Below, one piece after another: positions 28,398 to 36,288 of a stretch of 64,000 nucleotides of DNA (positions are counted from its first letter, which is position 1; every line of letters begins with the position of its first letter). The position numbers and the translations under genes were made by a program. Below the pieces are notes generated by a model. The model was not told the origin of the DNA. It made no database searches and worked only from the letters and a program-made list of their open reading frames with translations. Source of the DNA: Deltaproteobacteria bacterium (GTDB lineage Bacteria > Desulfobacterota > GWC2-55-46); the NCBI GenBank assembly GCA_016213015.1, contig JACRCE010000011.1, positions 10,586 to 74,585 of the forward strand, given 5' to 3'.

Positions 28398-28654
28398 GGA
28401 AGCTCTGATTAATTCGCCAATCCGTCATTCTCGCTCCGCGAAGCAATCTCGTCTTCAAGGAAATCAATAAGTTACGAGATTGCCGCGCCGCAAAAGCGCG
28501 GCTCGCAATGACAAATAAGAATTAATCAGAGCTTCCTTAGATAGTTTTCCCGAGGTCAAGGAAGGGCGAAAATAAAAAGCGTAGCATATATGCAATATGT
28601 GAGCATTTTTATTTTAGCCATGACGCAGAGATCGGGAAAAATAGCAATTTTTAA
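28385..28654. mobile_element. family-B MITE-like element copy B2 carrying a nested family-A MITE
   Basis: The B TIRs are cctctaaaaattag ... gggaaaaatagcaatttttaa. The interior is homologous to B1 (agcatatatgcaatatgtgagcatttttattttagccatgac). Confidence 0.6.
28398..28536 (+). mobile_element. MITE family A, copy A1 (139 bp)
   Basis: It has perfect 17-bp TIRs GGAAGCTCTGATTAATT / AATTAATCAGAGCTTCC and is flanked by a 4-bp direct duplication TTAG (28394-28397 and 28537-28540). Confidence 0.8.
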
Positions 28655-29944
28655 ATGAAAAAAGACCTCCACATAAAGATAGATGAAATAACCCGCGTCG
28701 AGGGACACGGCAACGTGGTCATTGACGTAAAGAAGGGCGTGGTTAAGGATGTCGCTCTTGAGATAATCGAGTCCCCCCGGTTTTTCGAGATGATGTTAAG
28801 GGGCAGAAGATACGACGAGGCACACCACATCATGTCGCGCATCTGCGGCATCTGCGCGGTGAGCCATACGTCGGCCTCTCTCAAGGCCATAGAGTCGGCA
28901 ATGGGCATTCGCATCTCAAGGCAGGCGACGCTATTGAGGAAACTCGCCTTTGCGGGCGAGATGCTTCAGAGCCATATACTGCATCTGTACTTTCTCGTAT
29001 TCCCTGACTTTTTAGGCGAAGGCTCGATAGTGCCGATATTGAAGACCCATCCTGAGATAGCAAGGAAGGGTCTTGAACTCAAGAGGCTCGCCAACGAGAT
29101 ATGCGCCGTCGTGGCCGGCAGGCACATCCACCCGATATCGCTCGCCCCCGGAGGCGTGGCGCATCTGCCGACCGCTCAGGAACTTAAAAAACTCCGCTCC
29201 AGCCTCGATGCCTCCTTTGACGACCTTGAGTTCACTTATGACCTGCTCTCAAAGGTTCACGTGCCGGAGTTCGAGAAAAGGCGCGACTTCGTGTCGCTGA
29301 AGTCGCGGGGAGAGTACGGCGCTTACGCCGGAGAGCCGGCATCAAGCGAGGGCTACGCCATTACGGCCAAGACCTACACGAAAAAGATTCGGGAGTACAC
29401 GGTTGCCCACTCCGCGGCAAAGCAGGCAAGAAGTCCGAAGGGCGCCTTCATGGTAGGCGCCCTCGCAAGGGTCAACAACAACTGGAAAAGGCTCTCACAG
29501 CGCTCGCGCGCTATAGCCGAGAAGGCCGGATTGAGGCCGCCATGCTTCAATCCGTTTCACAACAACACGGCCCAACTCGTGGAATGTTTTCAGATGACCG
29601 GGGACGCGATACGGATGATAGACGCCCTGCTTGAGGCCGGATTGAAGCCGGAGCCGTTGAAAAAACCCAAGGGATGGGGCATCGGCATAGGCATCGTCGA
29701 GGCCCCGCGAGGGACGCTCTACCACGAATACCGGATAAACAGGGACGGCTTTGTCGAGGCCGCGGAGTGCGTCATACCCACGGCGCAGAATCTAAGGGCT
29801 ATCGAAGAAGACCTCCGCGCCTTCGTGCCGCTCATAATGGATAAGCCGAAAGAGGAGATACGGCGTATAGTGGAGACGCTCGTAAGGGCCTATGACCCGT
29901 GCATATCGTGTTCGACGCATATAATGGACGTAAGATTCGTTTAG
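28655..29944 (+). CDS. [NiFe]-hydrogenase large subunit, group-3
   Basis: The ORF has the N-terminal RICGICAVSH motif and the C-terminal DPCISCSTH motif, followed by a short IMDVRFV tail. The first Cys is Cys and not Sec, so this is NiFe, not NiFeSe. The ATG directly abuts the end of MITE B2 and no SD is visible. Confidence 0.9.
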   Translation: MKKDLHIKIDEITRVEGHGNVVIDVKKGVVKDVALEIIESPRFFEMMLRGRRYDEAHHIMSRICGICAVSHTSASLKAIESAMGIRISRQATLLRKLAFAGEMLQSHILHLYFLVFPDFLGEGSIVPILKTHPEIARKGLELKRLANEICAVVAGRHIHPISLAPGGVAHLPTAQELKKLRSSLDASFDDLEFTYDLLSKVHVPEFEKRRDFVSLKSRGEYGAYAGEPASSEGYAITAKTYTKKIREYTVAHSAAKQARSPKGAFMVGALARVNNNWKRLSQRSRAIAEKAGLRPPCFNPFHNNTAQLVECFQMTGDAIRMIDALLEAGLKPEPLKKPKGWGIGIGIVEAPRGTLYHEYRINRDGFVEAAECVIPTAQNLRAIEEDLRAFVPLIMDKPKEEIRRIVETLVRAYDPCISCSTHIMDVRFV

Positions 29945-29953
29945 AGGGAAAGA

Positions 29954-31075
29954 TTGCGTATAAACATCGCTAAAGCGCCGCTCCTTGAGCGGATACTCCA
30001 GAGGCAGATAGTCTCTTCCAAATCCGAAGACGTTGACCTCAAGGCCGTGCTCCGGGAGATACTCCTTCGGGCAAACAGGTTCGTGCCCTCGGAGTCGGGT
30101 TCCATACTGCTTGACGCGCCCGCCGGGGATGAAACCGACAAGGCGCTTGCCAAGCTCTACTTTGTGGCATGCTTCGGCAAGGGTTCCGTCGCTCTCGTCA
30201 ATACCACGCTGCCTTCAAGCACGGGTATAGCGGGCAGGACATACTCGACAGGAAAGCCGTACATAAGCAAAAAGGTGTCCAGAGACAAATGCTTCTACCC
30301 GGGCCTCGACAAAAAAACAAAGTTCTGCACGAAGTCCATCGTATGCGCGCCGATAAAATTGAAAAAACATACAATCGGCGTAATAGAGTTGATCAACAGG
30401 CTCTCCGACATAAACTACACGTCAAAGGATTTGTCGCTCCTTAAGATATTCGCCGAATACACCTCAAAGCTCATCCAGAACGCGCTTGACGCAAAGACCT
30501 TCGAAATACTCTCGAAAAAGGACAACCTCACGTCGCTTTACAACGACCGGTACTTCTACAATCAGCTTACAAAGGAAACGGCGCGCTCAATCAAGCGCGG
30601 GACGGACTTGAGTCTCATCTTCATGGATCTGGACAGGTTCAAGGAGGTCAACGACACCTACGGACACCTTGCCGGAAGCCGGGTGCTGACCGAGGTCGGC
30701 TGTATAATAAAAGATACGCTTCCCACCGCTGATTCAAGAGGCATTCGCTACGGCGGGGACGAATACGTCGTGATACTGCCGGGGTTGAATCTCGACGAGG
30801 CGGCCGACTACGCGGAAAAACTGAGAATGGCCATTCAGGAGTTCACGTTCCTGACGAAAAGGCTCCACGCAAACGCCAAACCCATAATGCTCAAGGGTCA
30901 TATAACAAGCTCGATCGGGGCGGCCTCTCTCATGGAGAACGTGGAGGAGGCCGGCAGCGTCAACGAGATACGCGACAACCTGATAAAACAGGCGGACACG
31001 GCCATGTACAAGTCCAAACAGAACGGCAGAAACCTTATAACAGTTGCCCCGGCCGGAGGCAAAAAGAAAAGCTGA
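29954..31075 (+). CDS. GAF-domain diguanylate cyclase (GGDEF)
   Basis: The ORF has a TTG start with gagggaaag upstream. An N-terminal GAF domain is followed by RYGGDEYVV (intact GGDEF-type A-site). The upstream inhibitory-site motif RxxD is not clearly seen. Confidence 0.8.
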   Translation: MRINIAKAPLLERILQRQIVSSKSEDVDLKAVLREILLRANRFVPSESGSILLDAPAGDETDKALAKLYFVACFGKGSVALVNTTLPSSTGIAGRTYSTGKPYISKKVSRDKCFYPGLDKKTKFCTKSIVCAPIKLKKHTIGVIELINRLSDINYTSKDLSLLKIFAEYTSKLIQNALDAKTFEILSKKDNLTSLYNDRYFYNQLTKETARSIKRGTDLSLIFMDLDRFKEVNDTYGHLAGSRVLTEVGCIIKDTLPTADSRGIRYGGDEYVVILPGLNLDEAADYAEKLRMAIQEFTFLTKRLHANAKPIMLKGHITSSIGAASLMENVEEAGSVNEIRDNLIKQADTAMYKSKQNGRNLITVAPAGGKKKS

Positions 31076-31077
31076 AA

Positions 31078-31167
31078 ACGGTTATCAGTTATCGGTAGTC
31101 GGTTATCGGTTTGAAAACAATGATTCTTTCACCTTCGCCGATAACCAATTACCGATTACCGATAACC
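31078..31167. repeat. family D palindromic repeat, copy D2
   Basis: The sequence is aacGGTTATCagttatcggtagtcGGTTATCGGTTTgaaaacaatgATTCTTTCACCttcgCCGATAAccaattaCCGATtaCCGATAACC. It has the same orientation as D1. Confidence 0.65.
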
Positions 31168-31544
31168 TTCTTCACCAGCCTCAACTCCTCAGGCAACCTC
31201 ATCGGCTTGCCGTCATTTCCGACCGAGGCAAGCGTTACGCTGCCCTCAACCAGAGTCTTCTCCTGCTTGAACAAGACGTGTTCAAACGTAATGGTCGCGC
31301 CCGTTGCGCCTGAGAGACGCGTATCGAGGATGAGCAGGTCGTCATATCTCGCCGGTGCGATATATCGCGCCTCCACGCTCCGCACCACGAATATCACGCC
31401 TGAGGTGTGCAGTTCTCCAAGCGAAACACCCCGCTCTCTCAACAACTCCGTCCTGCCGCGCTCGAAGTATCGCAGATAGTTGGCGTAGTAGACCACGCCT
31501 CCGCAGTCGGTGTCCTCGTAATATATCCTTATCGGTATACGCAT
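31149..31544 (-). CDS. acyl-CoA thioesterase, YbgC/4HBT family
   Basis: The 131-aa ORF begins MRIPIRIYYEDTDCGGVVYYANYLRYFERGR, a hotdog-fold signature. Confidence 0.8.
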   Translation of the reverse strand: MRIPIRIYYEDTDCGGVVYYANYLRYFERGRTELLRERGVSLGELHTSGVIFVVRSVEARYIAPARYDDLLILDTRLSGATGATITFEHVLFKQEKTLVEGSVTLASVGNDGKPMRLPEELRLVKKVIGNR

Positions 31545-31547
31545 CTC

Positions 31548-32270
31548 CTATGTATGCCCCTTGAGCCTCTCAAGCGCCTCCTTTGCGGCCATCTGCTCGG
31601 CCTCCTTCTTGGACCCGGCGACGCCCCTTCCTTGTCGGAGTCCGTTTATCACGACCTCCACCTCAAAGGTCTTTTTATGGGACGCGCCGGTCTCGTTGAT
31701 AAGGACATACTTGGGGGCCTGCTTATAGAGGCTCTGAACAAGCTCCTGCAGAGCGGGCTTATAATCGAAATGACCTTGTCCGCCCTGCGCCTGCTCGATT
31801 GACGCTGAAAAAAGGGACGCAACATAAGAGGCGGTCAGGTCATGGCCGCGCTCGAAATACACGGCGGCGATGAACGCCTCGAACACGCCGGCGAGTATGG
31901 CCGTATTCTCCCTGCCATTGGATGCGCGTTCTCCCTTGCCGAGGAGCAGGTACTTGCCGAGCTTCATCGCCTTTGCCGTCTCGGCAAGCGCCCTTCTGTT
32001 TACAAGCCGCGCGCGAAGGCGCGTCAGTTCGCCCTCGTTGACGGCGGGGAACATCCGGTAGAGCGTCTCGCTTATGGCCGCGCTCAGGATAGCGTCCCCA
32101 AAAAATTCCAGCCTTTCGTTGCACTCCAGCGCGGCAAACCCCAAGGCGCCCGGCTCGTTAAGGAATGACTTGTGGGTAAAGGCGGTCTTCAAGATCGCTG
32201 TTGACGCAAACCCGAAAGGCAGGGTTGAGATGAACTCGGCCATGGATTCGTCGAACGTCTTGTTATTCAT
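31548..32270 (-). CDS. rnc: ribonuclease III
   Basis: The ORF has the ERLEFFGDA catalytic signature and a C-terminal dsRBD (KKTFEVEVVINGL...GSKKEAEQMAAKEALERL). The ATG is at 32270; the track ORF extends further to 32441. Confidence 0.9.
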   Translation of the reverse strand: MNNKTFDESMAEFISTLPFGFASTAILKTAFTHKSFLNEPGALGFAALECNERLEFFGDAILSAAISETLYRMFPAVNEGELTRLRARLVNRRALAETAKAMKLGKYLLLGKGERASNGRENTAILAGVFEAFIAAVYFERGHDLTASYVASLFSASIEQAQGGQGHFDYKPALQELVQSLYKQAPKYVLINETGASHKKTFEVEVVINGLRQGRGVAGSKKEAEQMAAKEALERLKGHT

Positions 32271-32877
32271 CCAACTCCCTGAGCACGGATTGTATATGCG
32301 CCCATGTATCGTTCCTGAGCGATTTTTGTTTGTCAAGCGCGTCAAGGCCGTGCGTAAGCATGAGCCTTGCGCCGTTGTAGTCGTAAAAACTTCCGTATCG
32401 AAGGGCCTCGTCATCGAGCAACGCCCTTCCCGCGCATTCACCGAAGGCGACTATAACCCGAAAGGACATGGTTGACAACTCTCTTGCGAGAAAACTTCTG
32501 CACAGCCGGACGCGCTGAAAGGCCGCCTCAAGGCCGCCTTCCGGCGGCGAAGGGCACTTGAAGGCGCATGTTACGTAAACCTTGTCCCTAACCAGTCCTG
32601 ATTTTTCAAGGAGGCTCGCAAGGAGCGCGTCTTCGGATTTATTGCACGACGCGCTCAGCACGATGACCAGTCCTGATACAGCCTCTCCGACGCCATAAAC
32701 CTTGTTTGCGCTCGCGCCTGAGTCGCACAGCGCGCAAGAGGCGATCTCGGCGCGCAATGCGGCCTGAGCGCCTCTTGCACCCTCGCGCCGGATAAAGTTC
32801 ACCCCGGATGAGCGCAAAAGATCAAGAGAGCCGACAAGGCTTGAGAGTATGTCGTTATATTCCCTGATTATATCCAT
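32263..32877 (-). CDS. uracil-DNA glycosylase, family 4
   Basis: The ORF has the family-4 UDG Cys pattern CALCDS...GEAVSGLVIV..., with the ATG at 32877. It overlaps the rnc start by a few nt. Confidence 0.75.
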   Translation of the reverse strand: MDIIREYNDILSSLVGSLDLLRSSGVNFIRREGARGAQAALRAEIASCALCDSGASANKVYGVGEAVSGLVIVLSASCNKSEDALLASLLEKSGLVRDKVYVTCAFKCPSPPEGGLEAAFQRVRLCRSFLARELSTMSFRVIVAFGECAGRALLDDEALRYGSFYDYNGARLMLTHGLDALDKQKSLRNDTWAHIQSVLRELDE

Positions 32878-32880
32878 TAG

Positions 32881-33062
32881 CGCGGTTATCGGTGGACGGT
32901 TATCCGTTATCGGATTAAGGATAAGGAAAACCACCTCACCCTACCCTCTCCCCCTTGGGGAGAGTAGAAAAAAACGAAACTCTTTCTTAGGGAAGCAATT
33001 AATCAGAGCTTCCTTAATTATCTTTTTCCTTCACCGATAACCGTCAACTGATAACCGATAAC
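32881..33062. repeat. family D palindromic repeat, copy D3, expanded by an internal insertion containing a family-A MITE remnant
   Basis: The D arms are gcGGTTATCGGtggacGGTTATCcGTTATCGGaTTAAGGATAA ... TTATCTTTTTCCTTCACCGATAACCgtcaactGATAACCGATAAC. The interior carries the hairpin ctctcccccttggggagag and, at 32991-33013, GGAAGC+AATTAATCAGAGCTTCC, flanked by TTAG/TTAA. Confidence 0.6.
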
Positions 33063-33083
33063 AGCCTTTACATATATGCGGCC

Positions 33084-33956
33084 TTGCTGTACCATATTTT
33101 TATGGTACTAACAGCGGTTGTCTTACTTGTCGTCCTGCTCGTCATGCCGGATGCCGCCGATGCGTGGGGGCCGGCGACGCACCTTGAACTCGCGCTCACG
33201 GCGCTCAACAACGCCTCCGTCGTTTCCGCACCGGTCAGGTCGCTCATCGAACATTTCCCTTACGACTTCCTTTACGGCAACATAAGCGCAGACATCTATG
33301 TCGGTAAAAATCTCGTTGAGGAGTTGAAGCACTGCCATAACTGGAAGGCCGGTTTCGCCCTCCTGAAAAACGCAAAGTCCGGCTCTCAGAGGGCGTTTGC
33401 CTACGGGTATCTCTCCCATCTCGCGGCGGACACCGTGGCTCATAATCACTTCATCCCCGAAAGGATGCTTCGCTCGTTCTCCGCAAGGACATTGAGGCAC
33501 GTCTACTGGGAGATGCGGGCCGACGCCCTGGCCGACAAACGTGTCTGGCGCCTGCCGAAAAGGATCGCGGCTCAGGCCGCTGAAGACAACGACGCCCTGT
33601 TGAACGCAACTATTGAGGGCGCTCCGTTATCGTTCAGAACGAACAAGACCATATTCTCAAGCATCATGAGCATCAACAGGATGAAGCACTGGCACAGGAT
33701 GCTCGATCTGCTCTCCGTTACGTCAAGATGGTCTCTCGACAAACAGGAAAGGGAGTTGCACTTCAACGACTCCCTTGACGCCATAATGGGACTTCTCAAA
33801 TCCCCGCTCAAGGCGCCTTGCCTCAAAAAAGACCCCATCGGCAGACTCAACCTTGCCCTTGCCTCCACGGCGAGAAAACGCCTGAGGGCAATGAAAAAGG
33901 CCGGCCTCGCATGGGAAGAGGCGCTTTCAGAGGAACTCGCCAAAGTAGCGCCCTGA
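33084..33956 (+). CDS. secreted zinc-dependent phospholipase C / S1-P1 nuclease-like protein
   Basis: The ORF has a signal peptide, then AWGPATHLELA...HLAADTVAHNHF His-rich zinc-ligand motifs. Family assignment is tentative. Confidence 0.5.
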   Translation: MLYHIFMVLTAVVLLVVLLVMPDAADAWGPATHLELALTALNNASVVSAPVRSLIEHFPYDFLYGNISADIYVGKNLVEELKHCHNWKAGFALLKNAKSGSQRAFAYGYLSHLAADTVAHNHFIPERMLRSFSARTLRHVYWEMRADALADKRVWRLPKRIAAQAAEDNDALLNATIEGAPLSFRTNKTIFSSIMSINRMKHWHRMLDLLSVTSRWSLDKQERELHFNDSLDAIMGLLKSPLKAPCLKKDPIGRLNLALASTARKRLRAMKKAGLAWEEALSEELAKVAP

Positions 33957-34320
33957 TAAAAATTAGAAATTTTTTTCGAGGTCAAGGAAGGGCGAAAATA
34001 AACTTGTCCTCGTGGTATCTATCGAGCAAAGCGGAGCATATAATTAAGGAAGCTCTGATTAATTCGCCGACCCGTCATTCTCGCTCCGCGAAGCAATCTC
34101 GTCTTCAAGGAAATCAACAACTTAGAGATTGCCGCGCCGCGAAAGCGCGGCTCGCAATGACAAAATAAGAATTAATCAGAGGTTCCTTAATATATGAACA
34201 TTGGGCCAACCGCAAAAGCGCGGTTAGGCCCTGCAAGGAAGCTCACGCTCTCTTTGAAGCCCGTCTTATTGCGCCCTGACGCCCGTAACGTAACAGTCGG
34301 GGAAAATAGCAATTTTTACC
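33957..34320. mobile_element. family-B element copy B3 (long variant) carrying a nested family-A MITE at a different internal site
   Basis: The left TIR is aaaaattagaaatttttttcgaggtcaagg and the right TIR is cggggaaaatagcaatttttacc. Its terminus overlaps the TAA stop of coaBC (34316-34318). Confidence 0.55.
34048..34186 (+). mobile_element. MITE family A, copy A2 (139 bp)
   Basis: The TIRs are GGAAGCTCTGATTAATT / AATTAATCAGAGGTTCC (one mismatch). It is flanked by the 4-bp duplication TTAA (34044-34047 and 34187-34190). Confidence 0.8.
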
Positions 34321-35500
34321 GCGACTTGAGCCTTACCACCCTGTCCAGTATCCTGTCCGCGATATCATCCTTGTTGAGAGGCGGAACCGCCTCAATCTCG
34401 CCGTCCCTATTGATTATCAGCACCTCGTTGGTCGCGCCGGCGAGACCGGCTGGGCCGTTCGCAACCACCATGTCGAGATTCTTGTCTTTAAGTTTCTTCC
34501 TCGCGTTCTCTTCAAGGTTTTCGGTCTCGAGCGCGAAACCGACGAGGAACTGTCCCTTCTTTTTCCTGCCCATCTGCTTCAATACGTCCTCAGTCCTTTC
34601 AAGCTCAACGCTCAGCGTGCTTGCGTCCTTCTTGACCTTCTCGGAATAGCTCTTTTTCGGCCTGTAATCGGATATCGCCGCGGCCATTATCACCAGAGTG
34701 GACTGCGGGTAGTACCTTACCGCGGCCTCGTTCATCTCCTCGGCGGTAGAGACGCTCACGCAGGTTACGCCGGACGGCCTCGGCAGATCTGTGGGCCCGC
34801 TTATGAGCACGACCTCCGCCCCTCTTCTTTTGGCCGCCCTCGCAAGGGCGTAGCCCATCCTGCCGGACGAGGCGTTGGACACGAAACGCACCGGGTCTAT
34901 GGCCTCCCTTGTAGGCCCGGCCGTAACCAGCGCCTTTTCACCCTTCAAATCCTTGCGCGTCAGCGCCTCGCAAGCGGCCTCAAATATCTCCTCAACCCCG
35001 GCAAGCCTGCCCTTGCCGATGCTTCCACACGCAAGCGCGCCCTCGCCGGGTCCCACGAACTTATAGCCGACGGATAGCAGCCCTTCGACGTTGCCCTTTA
35101 CAATCGGGTTTTCCCACATGCGATCGTTCATGGAAGGCGCTATGAGCACCGGGCACGCCGCGGCCATTATTATCGTGGTAAGCGGATCGTCGGCAATGCC
35201 TGACGCGATCTTGCCGATGACGTTTGCCGTCGCGGGAGCAACGATGATCAGGTCGGACTTTTGCGCCAGTTCGATATGATTGATTGAAACATCGCTTCCC
35301 CGCTCGAAAAGAGAGGTTGAGACAAGGTTCTTCGCGAGCGTTGAAAGGCTCAAAGGCGTTATAAACTCCTGAGCCGAGCTTGTCATCACGGGCAAAACCG
35401 TTGCCTCGCCCTTGACAAGCAACCGGACAAGCTCAAGCGCCTTGTACGCGGATATGGCGCCGCTAACGCCCAAGACTATCCTCTTATCCTTGATTATCAA
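34316..35500 (-). CDS. coaBC: bifunctional phosphopantothenoylcysteine decarboxylase / phosphopantothenate-cysteine ligase
   Basis: The 394-aa ORF has an N-terminal flavoprotein domain (RIVLGVSGAISAYKA) and a C-terminal CoaB domain. Confidence 0.9.
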   Translation of the reverse strand: MIIKDKRIVLGVSGAISAYKALELVRLLVKGEATVLPVMTSSAQEFITPLSLSTLAKNLVSTSLFERGSDVSINHIELAQKSDLIIVAPATANVIGKIASGIADDPLTTIIMAAACPVLIAPSMNDRMWENPIVKGNVEGLLSVGYKFVGPGEGALACGSIGKGRLAGVEEIFEAACEALTRKDLKGEKALVTAGPTREAIDPVRFVSNASSGRMGYALARAAKRRGAEVVLISGPTDLPRPSGVTCVSVSTAEEMNEAAVRYYPQSTLVIMAAAISDYRPKKSYSEKVKKDASTLSVELERTEDVLKQMGRKKKGQFLVGFALETENLEENARKKLKDKNLDMVVANGPAGLAGATNEVLIINRDGEIEAVPPLNKDDIADRILDRVVRLKSR

Positions 35501-36135
35501 CCGCCGGCCTCCCCGGTTATATACGGATTCGTCTTCTCTTCTTTTCCAATGGTCGTGGCATCGCCGTGTCCGGGATAGACCTTGACGGCATGGCCAAGCG
35601 GCAGAATCTTATTGCGTATCGAATCCATTATTACAGCGAACGAACCGCCGTCCAAATCGGTCCTGCCGACGCTTCCGGCAAAGAGCGTATCGCCGGTAAA
35701 AAGCCGTCCACCCGCTTCGTCGTAAAGACAGACCCCGCCGCGTGTGTGTCCCGGCGTATGGATGACCCTGAGCGTGATGCCGCCCGCGTTTATAAGGGAG
35801 CCGTCTTCAAGTATGACGTCCGGCCGTTTCTGCGGCTCGGTCTTTACGCCGAATATCACGCCGTGCTCGTGCGCCTCAAGAAGCATGTCCACGTCCACGC
35901 CGTGCATGGCCACCGGACAGTTGAAGACTCGCCTAAGCTCCTCGTCGGCCCCGACGTGATCAAAATGCCCGTGCGTGTTGACGATCCACCTGACCTTGAA
36001 CCCGTTTTTTTTCACGACGGAGATTATCGCCTGAGCGTCCCCGCCCGGGTCTATTATAACGGCCTCCTTGCTCGAATCATCGGAGAGGACGTAGCAGTTG
36101 ACCTCCAGAGCCCCTACCGTAAGCGTTTTCAGCAT
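35497..36135 (-). CDS. MBL-fold metallo-hydrolase (glyoxalase-II-like)
   Basis: The ORF has the HGHFDHVGA zinc-binding motif. It overlaps the coaBC start by 4 nt. Confidence 0.8.
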   Translation of the reverse strand: MLKTLTVGALEVNCYVLSDDSSKEAVIIDPGGDAQAIISVVKKNGFKVRWIVNTHGHFDHVGADEELRRVFNCPVAMHGVDVDMLLEAHEHGVIFGVKTEPQKRPDVILEDGSLINAGGITLRVIHTPGHTRGGVCLYDEAGGRLFTGDTLFAGSVGRTDLDGGSFAVIMDSIRNKILPLGHAVKVYPGHGDATTIGKEEKTNPYITGEAGG

Positions 36136-36288
36136 AATACTCCCTGCCTTATGAATATATGCAAGCGAGGAACGTCAGAACAAAGCAGACCAAGGCGCGA
36201 CGAGAGTGAGGAGCGAGGCGCGCTTTTTCTGTGCGCCGCAACGACGAGCCGGGAGCAACGCAGGTATGCGAAGTTATGACGTTCCTCG

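Noticed and set aside
28655-29944. Possibility that the hydrogenase is a [NiFeSe] enzyme, given selB/selD nearby
   Set aside because: The C-terminal motif is DPCISCSTH, with Cys rather than a TGA/Sec codon at the first position. No in-frame TGA is present in the gene.
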